DNA from: Longimicrobiales bacterium | Lineage (GTDB): Bacteria > Gemmatimonadota > Gemmatimonadetes > Longimicrobiales > Gaopeijiaceae | NCBI GenBank assembly: GCA_965203485.1 | Contig: OZ241892.1 | Location: 1,568,001-1,632,000 of the forward strand | Length of the DNA stretch: 64,000 bases | Direction: 5' to 3' | Part shown: positions 9,782 through 21,058 of the stretch, piece by piece | Position numbering within the stretch: the stretch's first letter is position 1 | Layout: each line of letters opens with the position of its first letter | The notes under the pieces: model-generated | Database searches by the model: none | The model's input: the letters and a program-made list of their open reading frames with translations, nothing else | What the model was told of the DNA's origin: nothing | Position numbers and translations under genes: made by a program

Positions 9782-12700
9782 GCGGCAGCGCGTTCGCGAC
9801 GGCGCTCGAACAGGTAGTAGAGGCCCGGCGTGGCGGCGAGCACCAGGAAGGTGGACGACAGAAGACCGCCGATCATCGTGTAGGCGAGAGCGTTCCACAC
9901 GTTGGCGTCGGCGCTCGTGCTGAACAGCACCAGCGGCAGCATGCCCGTGATCGTGGTTGCGGCGGTCATCAGTATCGGGCGGGCGCGCTCCACCGTGCCT
10001 GCCACGAGCGCGTCGTGCAGGCTGAGCCCTCGGTCTGTCCTGATCCTGTTTACGTGATGCACCAGGAGAATCGCGTTGTTGACGACGACGCCTCCCATCA
10101 TGATCACGCCGATGCTCGCTTCGCGCGTGAACGGAGTGTCCAGGATCAAGAACAGGCTGAAGACCCCGATCAGCGCCATCGGCACCGTGAGCAGCACGCA
10201 GAGGGGGAGCAGAAACGACTCGAAGAGCGCCGCCGTGACCATGTACACGAGGACGATGGAGACGATCAGCACCAACCGCATCTGGTTCTTCTCGCTCTGG
10301 CTGATCGAAAAGCTGTCGCTCCGTTTGACGGTGTATCCCGGAGGCACTTCGGTCAACGAGACCACTGCGTCGCTCGTCGCCGACCCAAACTTGTACGATC
10401 CTCGAAACTCGTAGCCCACCGTCCGTTCGTACTGCTGGTCCTCCCGGCGAATGCGCGCCAGCACGTCGCGCGAATCGACGTTCACCACGTCGCCCAAGCG
10501 CACGGGCACGCCGTCGGCGTTGAGGACGAGAGTCTCGACCAGCTCGTGAACGTCGATGTCGCGACTGCCCTCCAGCTTCACCTCGTAGTCGACCTCGTCG
10601 CCGCCGAGCTTAAGGGTGCTTCGGCCCGCGTTGCCCCGGACCGCCGCCAGCACTTGGCGCGAAAGGTTGTCCACCGGCATGTTCTGGAACGCGGCCACGG
10701 CGCGACGGATGTCCACCGCGAATTCCGCCGTCCTTTCGTCGCTGGAGAAGTACCCGCGTTGCGCGTTCGTGTTCACGTCGCGGACGCGCGGCAAGCGTCC
10801 CAGCCGCGTGCCGATGTCCTCGGCAATGTCGCGTACCTTCTCGTAGTTGTATCCCAGCACCTGAATCCTGAACTGAGGCGCTCCTCCCCCACCGCCGTAG
10901 AACGACGGACCGTATCCATAGACACGCACGTCGGCGCCCGTGAATCCGAGCGAGAACGCATAGAGCTGGTCCTTGATCATGACCGGGATGTTCGTGTGCT
11001 CGACCTCGTCGCGAAAATACACGTTGGTGTAGCTCTCCGTGCCTTGCACGTTGGACACGAACTGCTTGACTTCGGGCATCAGCCGCAAGCGCTCCTCGAA
11101 GTAGCTGGTCAGCTCGTCCACGCGTTCCAAGTCCGAGCCTCGAGGCAAGCTGATGTTGATCGCGACGTACGTGGACGGCGCCCAGCTTCCGCGCCACGTC
11201 ACGCCCGTGACGACGTTCTTCTCGAACAGATACCCCGAACCCGCGAGGAGCAATGCGCCGATCGCCACCACGACCCACGGCCAGCGCAGCGTTCGCACCA
11301 CGAGACCGTGGTAGAAGCGCTCGTAGACGGGCGGCCGTCCGGCGTCCGGCGCCGCCGATGCCCCCTGGGCGGACTTCCGGGTCGGCAACAACTTGCCCGC
11401 GAGCGCCGGGATCAAGCTGAACGCCACGACCAACGAGGCCAGCAACGTCATCGCCACGACGACCGCCATCGGCAGGTAGTAGACGCGGAGCTCGCCTTGC
11501 ATGTAGACGAACGGAGCGAAGACGATCAGCGTCGTCGCCGTCGCCGCCAAGACCGGAAGGACGACGTGAGCCGCGCCCTGGCGAACCGATTCGGTCACCG
11601 ATCGTCCGCGCTGCCATCGCCGATAGATGTTCTCCAGGACCACGATGGAATTGTCCACGATCAGCCCGAATCCCATGGCCAAGCCCATCAGCGTAAAGAT
11701 GTTCAGGGAAAGGCCCGACCAGTAGATCAGGTTGAGGGCGATGAGCACGGAGAAAGCGATCGTCGTGAAGACGACCAACGACGAACGGAACGAGCGGAGG
11801 AACAGCAACAGCACGCAGAAGATGACGGCAACGGAAACCAGGGCGCGATTCCTCAGGTCGGAAAGCTGGCTGCGGATCTGCTCGCTCTCGTCGGAGTCGA
11901 GGAGCAGGCGCGTGTTGGCGGGGAGGACTTGTTCCACGGCCGCGATGCGCTCCTTCACTCGGTCGGCGACGCGCACCGTGTTGGCTCCGATCTCCTTCCG
12001 AAGGACGACGCCCACGGCCGGGCGGCCGTTGACGCGATAATGGCTGACAACGTCGTGGTGCGTGTCGCGCACTCTCGCAACGTCCGCGACGCGCACCACT
12101 CGGTCCTCGCTCGTCGTGAGAATCGCGTTGCGGACGTCCTGGGCCGATGCAGCGCGGTTCTGGATCGTGACCGTCCATTCGTTGTCGCCGGAGCGCACGG
12201 CGCCGGCTTCCTGGACCAGGTCGAGGTCGCCGATCTTGGTGGCCACGGCGTACGGGTTCAGATTGAACGCGGCCATCAAGTCCTTGTCCAACTCGACTTC
12301 GAGCAGCCTGTCGCGGCCGCCGCGCACAACGACCAGCGCTACGCCCTCGACGCGTTGCAGCTCGGGCACCACCTGCTCCTCCAGATAGTGCCTGAGGAAC
12401 TCGAGGGTACGAGCGCCCGTGAAGGTGTACGCAAGAAATGGCCGGCGCTGCTCTTGCACCTCGGGCGGCAGGTACGGCTGCACGCCGATGCGGTCCAGTC
12501 CGGGGGGGAGTTCGTTCTCCTCCAGGGTTGCCAGCCGCTCCGACAAGTCCAGCCGCGCGAAGTCCATGTCCGTGTCCCGGGCAAACCAGACTTCGATGCG
12601 GGCGCTTCCTTCCTCGGACGTGGAAATGACCTTTTCCGTGCCGGGCACCAGCTGCACTGCGGCCTCGATCGGCGACGTCACGAAGGCTTCGATCGTCTCC

Positions 12701-12861
12701 GGCGAAGCGCCCCACCAAGAGGCCGTCACTGTGAGGCGCGGCAGGCGCGCGTCCGGGTAGAACTCGAGGGGAACGTTGCGAAACGCGGCGAAGCCCAGCA
12801 GGGCCACGGCGACGTAGCCCATCGCGACGGCCACGGGACGGCGCAGGCTCCCCCGGATCAT
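9778..12861 (-). CDS. RND efflux transporter permease subunit (AcrB/MdtC-like)
   Basis: RRPVAVAM start, GLIVDNSIVVLENIY and ERARPILMT motifs; about 1027 aa; ATGA-coupled to the upstream permease. Confidence 0.92.
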   Translation of the reverse strand: MIRGSLRRPVAVAMGYVAVALLGFAAFRNVPLEFYPDARLPRLTVTASWWGASPETIEAFVTSPIEAAVQLVPGTEKVISTSEEGSARIEVWFARDTDMDFARLDLSERLATLEENELPPGLDRIGVQPYLPPEVQEQRRPFLAYTFTGARTLEFLRHYLEEQVVPELQRVEGVALVVVRGGRDRLLEVELDKDLMAAFNLNPYAVATKIGDLDLVQEAGAVRSGDNEWTVTIQNRAASAQDVRNAILTTSEDRVVRVADVARVRDTHHDVVSHYRVNGRPAVGVVLRKEIGANTVRVADRVKERIAAVEQVLPANTRLLLDSDESEQIRSQLSDLRNRALVSVAVIFCVLLLFLRSFRSSLVVFTTIAFSVLIALNLIYWSGLSLNIFTLMGLAMGFGLIVDNSIVVLENIYRRWQRGRSVTESVRQGAAHVVLPVLAATATTLIVFAPFVYMQGELRVYYLPMAVVVAMTLLASLVVAFSLIPALAGKLLPTRKSAQGASAAPDAGRPPVYERFYHGLVVRTLRWPWVVVAIGALLLAGSGYLFEKNVVTGVTWRGSWAPSTYVAINISLPRGSDLERVDELTSYFEERLRLMPEVKQFVSNVQGTESYTNVYFRDEVEHTNIPVMIKDQLYAFSLGFTGADVRVYGYGPSFYGGGGGAPQFRIQVLGYNYEKVRDIAEDIGTRLGRLPRVRDVNTNAQRGYFSSDERTAEFAVDIRRAVAAFQNMPVDNLSRQVLAAVRGNAGRSTLKLGGDEVDYEVKLEGSRDIDVHELVETLVLNADGVPVRLGDVVNVDSRDVLARIRREDQQYERTVGYEFRGSYKFGSATSDAVVSLTEVPPGYTVKRSDSFSISQSEKNQMRLVLIVSIVLVYMVTAALFESFLLPLCVLLTVPMALIGVFSLFLILDTPFTREASIGVIMMGGVVVNNAILLVHHVNRIRTDRGLSLHDALVAGTVERARPILMTAATTITGMLPLVLFSTSADANVWNALAYTMIGGLLSSTFLVLAATPGLYYLFERRRERAAA

Positions 12862-15800
12862 CCGGCCGGCTCCGGAGCGGGCGCGGCGTCGGCGGACGCG
12901 CGGCGCCGGCGTCCCACCGGCGCCAGGGCGCGGAGGTCTTCCATGACCGAGTAGGTGACCGGCACGACGACCAACGTGAGCGCGGTGGCCACCACGAGGC
13001 CGCCGATGACCGACACCGCCATCGGAGCCCGCAGGTCGGCGCCGCGCCCCAGACCCAGAGCCATCGGCGCCAAGCCCAGCACGGTCGTGACCGTCGTCAT
13101 CACGATGGGCCTGAGCCGCACTTCGCCGGCCTTGAGGATCGCGGCTCGAAGGCCGCTTCCGCGTCCACGCGCCTGGTTGATGAAGTCGACCTTCACGATG
13201 GCGTCGTTGACCACGATGCCCACGAGAATGACGATGCCGATCAAGCTCATCGTGTTCATCCCCTGCCCGGCCAGCGCCAAGGCCAGGATGGCTCCGACCA
13301 GCGCCAACGGCACGGCGGTGAGGATCGTGAACGGGTGGACGAAGGACTCGAACTGCGCGGCCAAGATCATGTAGACGAGCAGCAGGGCGAGCCCGAACGC
13401 AAACGCCAAGTCGCGAAACGACCTTCGCATTTCCTCGTTCTCGCCTCCCACCTCCACGCGCACGGCGGCCGGCGTGCTCATCGCCGCCATCGCTTCGTCC
13501 ACGGCCGCGATCGCGCCTCCCAAGCCCCCCGAAGCCACGTCCGCGTAGACGGTGATCAACCTCGCCTGTTCTTCGTGCCGAATCTCGGCCGGCCCGATCG
13601 TCTCGCGCACGTCCACGAGCTCGGCCAGCGGCACGCCCTCGACCCGAAGCAGGTCGAGCGTCTTCGCGTCGTACCGCAACGAGTCGGGCAGGCGCACGAC
13701 CACGGGGATCTTGCGGTCGAAGTCCACGAACTCGGTGGCCCGGCGCCCGCGCATCGACGTGGCGATCACTTCGGCCACCAGGCGCGGCTCGCGGCTGTAC
13801 TGGGCCGCCGCGTCGCGGTCGATGCTCACTTGGTACTGCGGCTGGCCGCGCTCCGAGCCGATGCGCACGTTCCTGACTTCCGGGACTTCGGCCGCGAGGC
13901 GGCGTTCGACCTCCTCGGCGAAGGCGTAGGCCGTCTCCAAGTCCTCCGACACGAGGCGAACCGCGATGTCCGCCTCGGTGCCGCCGAGCAGTTGTCCGAG
14001 CGCCGTGGCTTGGCCGGTCTCGAACGCGAGAGCGCCCGCCGGAAGCGCCGCCGATGCCTCGGCCCGGATACGTTCCAGCACCGCTTCCGTCTTGGCGTCG
14101 CCGCCGAGCCGCACCTGCAGGACGGCCGTGTTGACGCCGGCAGCCTCCTCCTGCTCGCCTGCGGTCTGCACGTCGCGGCCGATGCGGCTGAAGACCGCGT
14201 CCACGCCCGGATCGTCGAGCAGGATGCGTTCCAGGTCGCCGACCAGCTCGGCCGTTGCGGTCAACGCCGTGCCTTCCGGCAAGTCGACGCTCACCGAGAA
14301 CACGCCCTGGTCCACGTCGGGAAGCAGATCCGTCTCGAGCGCCGAGGCGAGCAGCATCGAACCGGCAAGCGCCGCGCCGGCGATCCCCAGGACCCGTGCC
14401 CGGCGATCCAAGGCTCGGTCGAGGAGGCGGTGGTACCAACCGGCGAAGGCGGCGAAGGCGCGGTCGAACGCCTGGAACAAGGGCGAAAACGCCGCGGCGC
14501 CCGCCCTTCGCGCCAGGTCCGTCCAAAACGCGACGAGTTGGCGGGCGACGGAGAAGAGGACCGCGAGCGCGCGAAACGGCAGCCGGGCCAGCCACCCCAG
14601 CGCGCGGCCCACGCGCCGCCAGAACCCGGCCCGGAGTTCGGCCGCGCCTGCCGCGGGGGCCGGCGGCGGAACCGCGCGCGCGCCGCGAAGGTTGCCCGCC
14701 ATCGTCGGCAGCAACGTGAGCGCCACCAGAAGGCTCGCCAAGAGCGAGAACGCGACCGCCAGCGAAAGCGCGCCGAAGAGTTCGCCGGCGACCCCCTGCA
14801 CGTAGATGATGGGGCCGAACACCGAGATCGTGGTGAGCGTGGAAGCCGTGATCGCGCCTTGGACCTCTTCGGCGCCCTTGGCCGCGGCTTCGAGAAGCGG
14901 GGCCCCCGCTTGGCGGTGGCGGAAGATGTTCTCCAGCACGATGATGGAGTTGTCCACGAGCATGCCGACGCCGAGCGCGAGCCCGCCCAGACTCATGATG
15001 TTCAGCGAAACGCCGAAGGCGTCCATGAGGGCGAACGTGCAGATCACGGACACGGGAATCGCGAGCGACACGGCTACCGGGTACCTGGGATCGCGCAGGA
15101 AGAAGAAGAGCACGACGAACGCCAGAAGGCCCCCGAGCACCAGCGCCTGGACCACGTTGTTGATCGAGTCCGCGATGAACGTGGCTTGGTTGGACGCGAC
15201 CTCGACCGCGAACTCCGGGTACTCCTCGGCCAGCAGGTCCAGCGTCGCCTGCACCTCCCCGGACACCGCCACGGTGTTCGCGTTCGGTTCCTTGTAGACG
15301 AGGATGCCGACCGATTCCAAGCCGTCGTAGCGGGCGATCGCTTCGCGTTCGGCGAATCCGTCGACCACGGTCGCCACGTCCGACAAGCGCACCAAGTGGT
15401 ACGGCGACGCCTCCGCCCCGGGCGGCTCCGGGGAACGTCCCCCGGGCTGCGGGCTCGCGCCCCGCCCACCGCTTCCTCCGCGCCGCGCCACGACGACGTG
15501 GCGAATCTCCTCGACCGACTGGAACTCCCCCAGCGTCCGGAGCGGGTACCGGTAGCGCCCCTGAAGCACCGACCCTCCCGGCGACGAATAGTTGGCTCGC
15601 TCCAAGCCCTGGACGATGTCGTCGAAGGCGACGCCGTAGGTCTCCATGAGCACGGGATCGGCCTCGACCTGTATCTCGCGGTCGAGACCGCCGGTGACGC
15701 TTGCCTGAGCCACGCCGTCCAGCTGCTCCAGCCGTCGCCGAAAGATCGTCTCGGCGATCTCCTTGTTGCGAAGCAGGTCGTCCCGCCCGGTCTCGGCCGA

Positions 15801-16253
15801 AGCGCCGGCGGCGTCGGCTCGCGAGATCGACACAGTCATGATCGGCTCGGCCTGCGGATCGACGCGCAGGATGTTGGGCCGGGCGGCCGTCTCCGGCAGG
15901 GTTTGGCGGATGTTGTCCAGGCGCTCGCGGACGTTCAGGGTGGCGAAGTCCATGTCCGTGCCCCACGCGAAGCGCAGCGTCACGAGGCTGACGCCTTCCT
16001 GCGAGACCGACGTGACCTTCTCGACGCCGGGGACCGCCGCCGCCTGTGCTTCGATCGGCTCCGTGACGAGCCGCTCGACCTCGGCCGGCGCCACGTCCGA
16101 GTAGGCCGTGTGGACCACCAAGCGCGGGAAGCTGACGTCGGGGAGCAGGTCGATCGGCAGGCGCGCATAGGAGATCGCGCCCAGCAGCACGACCGCGAGG
16201 ACCAGCATCGCGACCGCGACGGGCCGTCGAGTGCACGTCCGGGGAACGGACAC
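12858..16253 (-). CDS. RND efflux transporter permease subunit (AcrB/MdtB-like)
   Basis: LPIDLLPDVSFP, GMLVDNSIIVLENIFR, AAQFESFVHP and RLRPIVMTT motifs. Confidence 0.93.
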   Translation of the reverse strand: MSVPRTCTRRPVAVAMLVLAVVLLGAISYARLPIDLLPDVSFPRLVVHTAYSDVAPAEVERLVTEPIEAQAAAVPGVEKVTSVSQEGVSLVTLRFAWGTDMDFATLNVRERLDNIRQTLPETAARPNILRVDPQAEPIMTVSISRADAAGASAETGRDDLLRNKEIAETIFRRRLEQLDGVAQASVTGGLDREIQVEADPVLMETYGVAFDDIVQGLERANYSSPGGSVLQGRYRYPLRTLGEFQSVEEIRHVVVARRGGSGGRGASPQPGGRSPEPPGAEASPYHLVRLSDVATVVDGFAEREAIARYDGLESVGILVYKEPNANTVAVSGEVQATLDLLAEEYPEFAVEVASNQATFIADSINNVVQALVLGGLLAFVVLFFFLRDPRYPVAVSLAIPVSVICTFALMDAFGVSLNIMSLGGLALGVGMLVDNSIIVLENIFRHRQAGAPLLEAAAKGAEEVQGAITASTLTTISVFGPIIYVQGVAGELFGALSLAVAFSLLASLLVALTLLPTMAGNLRGARAVPPPAPAAGAAELRAGFWRRVGRALGWLARLPFRALAVLFSVARQLVAFWTDLARRAGAAAFSPLFQAFDRAFAAFAGWYHRLLDRALDRRARVLGIAGAALAGSMLLASALETDLLPDVDQGVFSVSVDLPEGTALTATAELVGDLERILLDDPGVDAVFSRIGRDVQTAGEQEEAAGVNTAVLQVRLGGDAKTEAVLERIRAEASAALPAGALAFETGQATALGQLLGGTEADIAVRLVSEDLETAYAFAEEVERRLAAEVPEVRNVRIGSERGQPQYQVSIDRDAAAQYSREPRLVAEVIATSMRGRRATEFVDFDRKIPVVVRLPDSLRYDAKTLDLLRVEGVPLAELVDVRETIGPAEIRHEEQARLITVYADVASGGLGGAIAAVDEAMAAMSTPAAVRVEVGGENEEMRRSFRDLAFAFGLALLLVYMILAAQFESFVHPFTILTAVPLALVGAILALALAGQGMNTMSLIGIVILVGIVVNDAIVKVDFINQARGRGSGLRAAILKAGEVRLRPIVMTTVTTVLGLAPMALGLGRGADLRAPMAVSVIGGLVVATALTLVVVPVTYSVMEDLRALAPVGRRRRASADAAPAPEPAG

Positions 16254-16256
16254 GGA

Positions 16257-17672
16257 TCAGCCTCCGGGCGGCACGGTCTCCGGCGCCGGGGCGCCGGGGC
16301 GGCCGAACAGCCCGGCGGCCTCGTGCAGGCTCACCAGAACGGCCGCGAACTCGTAGCTCTGGTCGACCGAGTCGCGCAGCGCCGACGCCCGCTCGCGCAC
16401 GGCCGCCCTCAGCTCCTCCACCGACTTGACGGCCAGCTCGTACTCCTCTCGCACGATGGCGAGGCGGCGCTCGGCGACGTCCAAGCGGCGCGCGAGTTCC
16501 GTGGCCGACCGCCACGCGGACTCGAGGTCCACGAACTGGACGCGAACCTGCCGCTCGACGTCCAGCTCGATTTGGCGAATCGACTCGGTGGCGTTCCGCA
16601 TTTCGACGTCGGCTTGGGCGATCGCGAAAGACGTCTGGAACTGCCTGAAGATCGGCACGGACATGCTCACCGACACTCCGCCGGACACGTCCCTGGGACT
16701 CATGTCGAACAGGGCGGCGCTCTTCGAGGCGTACGAGCTCCGCCTGAAGCTGCCGGTCACGGTAAGGGTCGGCCAGCGCGTGGCCTTCTCGCTTCTGAGC
16801 GACGCCTGCTGGACGGACAGCGACGCGCGGGCCTCGTCGACGCGCGGACTCGCCTCCATCGCGCGGGCGACGAGCTCGTCCACGTCGAGTTCGGCTGGAT
16901 CGAAGACCCTGGGCGCGGCTCCGTCCACATCGATCTCGCCGAGCGAGGGATCGCCAAGATTGGCGCGCAGCTCGTAGAGCGCCTTGCCGAGGGCGGCGCG
17001 GGCGTTGTTCACCGCCGTCTGCTGGGCCTCGAGGTCGAGCTGGGCGGCCAGCACGTCCGAACGACCGATCGCCGCAATTTCGAAGCGGCTCCGCGCGAGA
17101 TCCATGTCTCGCTCCCGCTCGGCCAGGAGTTCTTCCTCGACTGCCAGCTTCGCCTTCTGGCGCTGGGCCGCGAGGAAGTGGCGCCGGGTCACGGCCTGGA
17201 TGCCGTTCAGCTCGCGGTCGCCGGCGCGGCGGGTCATCTCCGCCTGGGCCCGCGCGCGGGCGAGATCGTGAAAGCGACGTCCGCCCTGGAAGACGTCGAC
17301 CGCGATCGACGCGCCCTGGCTCGCGCTCGAGTTCTTGATCGTCTTGACGTCTTGGCGCTCGATCGGATTGTCGAAGTTGTCGAACGCCGTCGATCGCCTG
17401 CTGAAGCTCTGGCCGGTGTTGTAGCTCAGGCTGAGGTTGGGGAGGAACGCACCCCACGCTTGGCGCGCCTGCGGGCCGGCCAGTTCGACCCGGTTCAGGG
17501 CTTGGCGGTACTGCGGGTTGTGCCGGGCGGCCCGCGCGAGCGCCTCTTCGAGCGTCAGCACGGTGACCTCCTGCTGGGCCGCGGCCACGGCGGGCAAGGC
17601 GGACAACGCCGCGAGCCACGCCCACGCCAGGAGGGCCGATCTTCGCGCCCGCACCCGGCCGGCCGCGCTCAT
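16257..17672 (-). CDS. TolC-family outer membrane efflux protein
   Basis: Signal peptide, then LTLEEALARAARHNP, FLPNLSL and WPTLTV...SVPIF duplicated OEP pattern. Confidence 0.88.
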   Translation of the reverse strand: MSAAGRVRARRSALLAWAWLAALSALPAVAAAQQEVTVLTLEEALARAARHNPQYRQALNRVELAGPQARQAWGAFLPNLSLSYNTGQSFSRRSTAFDNFDNPIERQDVKTIKNSSASQGASIAVDVFQGGRRFHDLARARAQAEMTRRAGDRELNGIQAVTRRHFLAAQRQKAKLAVEEELLAERERDMDLARSRFEIAAIGRSDVLAAQLDLEAQQTAVNNARAALGKALYELRANLGDPSLGEIDVDGAAPRVFDPAELDVDELVARAMEASPRVDEARASLSVQQASLRSEKATRWPTLTVTGSFRRSSYASKSAALFDMSPRDVSGGVSVSMSVPIFRQFQTSFAIAQADVEMRNATESIRQIELDVERQVRVQFVDLESAWRSATELARRLDVAERRLAIVREEYELAVKSVEELRAAVRERASALRDSVDQSYEFAAVLVSLHEAAGLFGRPGAPAPETVPPGG

Positions 17673-18844
17673 CGGGTTGGCCTCCCGTCCGCGGCGGCGA
17701 CGTCTTCCACCAGCGTCACGGCGGCGTCGTGGGGCAAGTAGTAGTGGCCGTCGACCAGGACGATCTCGCCCGGCTCCACCCATCCGTCCTCGGATCCTTC
17801 GCGAACGAGTTCGTAGAAGTCCTTGTTCTGCAGGCCGATGTTGATGTAGCGCCACTTGGCCCGGCCCTCTTCCAGGACGAACAACATGGTGCGGCGGCGC
17901 TTCTCGAGGACGGCTTGGCGAGGGACGATGAGGCGGCCCGCGTAGTGTTGCGCGCGCAGGGTTCCCTCCGCGTACATGCCGGGCTTGATGCGGCCGTCGT
18001 GGTTGGGCAGGTAGACCGTGACGCGCGCGGTGCCGGTCTCGCGGTCCACCATGGGGTTGATGGTGGCGATGCGGCCCACGAAGGTCGTGTCCGGCAGGGC
18101 CGAGAACACCATCGACGCGTTTCGTCCTTCGGCGAGGTGCGGCACCTGGGTGCCGAGGACCTGGAACTGCACCTTGATCGGGCTGATCTCGAGCACCGTC
18201 AGCAACTCGTCGCCTTGGGCGACGTGCTGGCCCGCCACGACCTTGAGGTCCGCGACGCGGCCGGCGAAGGGAGCGCGGACAGTCGTCTTCTCCAGGTTCA
18301 GCACGGCGCGCCGGTGCTCCGCCTCCGCCTGGTCGAGTCCGGTCACCGAACGAGCCAGCCGCGCCCGCTCGGCACGGGCCTCTTCGTCGAGCTCCTCGTC
18401 CATCAGCGTGCGCGCCTTGAAGTCCACCTCCGCCTTGCGCACCGCGGCGGCCCGGGCGGCAACCTCCAGTCCGTACTCCGCCGTGTCGATCTGGACCAGC
18501 AGGCGGCCCTCGCCCACGCTTTGGTTCTCTTCGACCGCCACGGCCGTGACGATCCCCGCCACGCGCGCCTGGACCGTCGACTGGCGCATCGCTTCGGACA
18601 CGCCCCGGGCGTCGAAGGAAACCCAGAACGTGTCGCGGACGGCGGCGGCCCCCACCACGGGTTGCGGAACCTCGGTGGAGAACTGCTCCTGAACCGACTG
18701 GACGACCGCCTCGTTCTCCGCCGGCTCGGCGTCTTGGGCGGCGGCGTCCTCCGCCGGCCTCGTCCGCCAATAGACTCCGGCCGCCACGACGCCGACGATC
18801 AGCGCCGCGCTCAGACCTCCGAGCGCCTTTCGTGAAAGCGCCAT
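17669..18844 (-). CDS. RND efflux periplasmic adaptor (membrane fusion protein)
   Basis: N-terminal TM, lipoyl-like halves (VEENQSVGEGRLLVQID, TVRAPFAGRV), IKPGMY. Confidence 0.92.
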   Translation of the reverse strand: MALSRKALGGLSAALIVGVVAAGVYWRTRPAEDAAAQDAEPAENEAVVQSVQEQFSTEVPQPVVGAAAVRDTFWVSFDARGVSEAMRQSTVQARVAGIVTAVAVEENQSVGEGRLLVQIDTAEYGLEVAARAAAVRKAEVDFKARTLMDEELDEEARAERARLARSVTGLDQAEAEHRRAVLNLEKTTVRAPFAGRVADLKVVAGQHVAQGDELLTVLEISPIKVQFQVLGTQVPHLAEGRNASMVFSALPDTTFVGRIATINPMVDRETGTARVTVYLPNHDGRIKPGMYAEGTLRAQHYAGRLIVPRQAVLEKRRRTMLFVLEEGRAKWRYINIGLQNKDFYELVREGSEDGWVEPGEIVLVDGHYYLPHDAAVTLVEDVAAADGRPTR

Positions 18845-19112
18845 TGCTCAACCCCTTCCTCGTGTGGGCGACTTTGGGGAACCGCTTTCCTGGCCAGTCC
18901 TGCGTGCAGCCGCCGTGCCCGGCGCTGTTTTGCTTGGGATGGATTCGAGCGCACCGGCGGTTGCCCCGGCTTGGGCGGGCCTCTTTGGGAAGCGCCGCGC
19001 CAGAATGCCTGGGAACTGGCCTTCAAGGTGACATACACCGGTGGGTTCCGCAAAGTTCCCGGGGCGTTCGCATGGCCCTTTGGGACGTGCCGCTTGGGGG
19101 CCCGCGAAACGG

Positions 19113-20330
<1,218 letters not shown>

Positions 20331-20466
20331 CGGGCGTGCCTCGAGAGCGGGCTGGTCGCCGCCGACGGCCTTCGGCGGACTTGTCGCCGGGGCGGCCGCC
20401 GCGCGGGACCGGTCGGTCGGCGGCCGCGGCGCGCGTGCGAGAGGGCCGCCAAGAAAGAGGCGGCTA

Positions 20467-20548
20467 CGGAGGGGGTGGGATTCGAACCCACGTGCCCGAA
20501 GGCGCCGGTTTTCAAGACCGGTGCATTGAACCGCTCTGCCACCCCTCC
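20467..20548 (-). tRNA. tRNA-Ser (anticodon TGA)
   Basis: GGAGGGGTGGCAGAGCGGTTCAATGCACCGGTCTTGAAAACCGGCGCCTTCGGGCACGTGGGTTCGAATCCCACCCCCTCCG. Cloverleaf with a class II variable arm; CCA not encoded. Confidence 0.96.
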
Positions 20549-20565
20549 TGCTCCTGCTGCGACGG

Positions 20566-20594
20566 AAGATGGCGGCAAGGCGGCTGCGCTTCAA
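20566..20594 (-). promoter_or_regulatory. Putative promoter for tRNA-Ser/ispG
   Basis: TTGAAG-N17-CATCTT just upstream of the tRNA 5' end. Confidence 0.45.
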
Positions 20595-20724
20595 CCCGGC
20601 CGGGCGGGCCGCAACTCCGGAGCGCCGCGGCCCCCGCGCGAGGTGATGCGGGCGAGCGATCGCCGACGGATCGGCTGGATGCGCCACGCGGCTCGTCCGT
20701 CCCGCGCGGTTGCGCCGGTCGCGG

Positions 20725-20937
20725 TCACGGGATGTAGGTAACGGATGCCGTGCGCCCCCGCGTGCAAACCACGGCTTCCCTCTCGATCGGCTGGCCGGAC
20801 GGCCCGTGGTCCTCGATGATCCGGACTTCGCAACGCTCCTCGAGCAGGCCGAACGCCCAGTTTCGGGCGGGAGTCGTCGCTAGCAACGCGACTGCGGTCG
20901 CGAGGCCCAGGCACGCGATCGCGCCGCGTCGTCGCAT
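20725..20937 (-). CDS. Small hypothetical exported/membrane protein (70 aa)
   Basis: [22 protein letters not shown] is signal-like, followed by a short beta-rich segment with two Cys. Fills the purH-tRNA gap. Confidence 0.5.
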   Translation of the reverse strand: MRRRGAIACLGLATAVALLATTPARNWAFGLLEERCEVRIIEDHGPSGQPIEREAVVCTRGRTASVTYIP

Positions 20938-21058
20938 GATCGCTCGGCTCAACAGGCATGTCCCTATGTCGGTGGAAACAGGCGCCGGCCAGCCGGAACC
21001 GACGGGCCGCCGCGGCGCCCGTCGCAGGGCGATCGGCCCGGCTGGAACGGCACCAAAG

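Noticed and set aside
9778..17625. 2615-aa ORF as a giant protein
   Set aside because: Only the last 1027 aa (from 12861) are a real RND permease; the rest is an off-frame read of the upstream genes.
20467..20548. tRNA as tRNA-Sec partner of selA, or as an integration site
   Set aside because: The anticodon is TGA (Ser), not TCA. It is 82 nt with ordinary arms, and there is no integrase or duplicated 3' end nearby.
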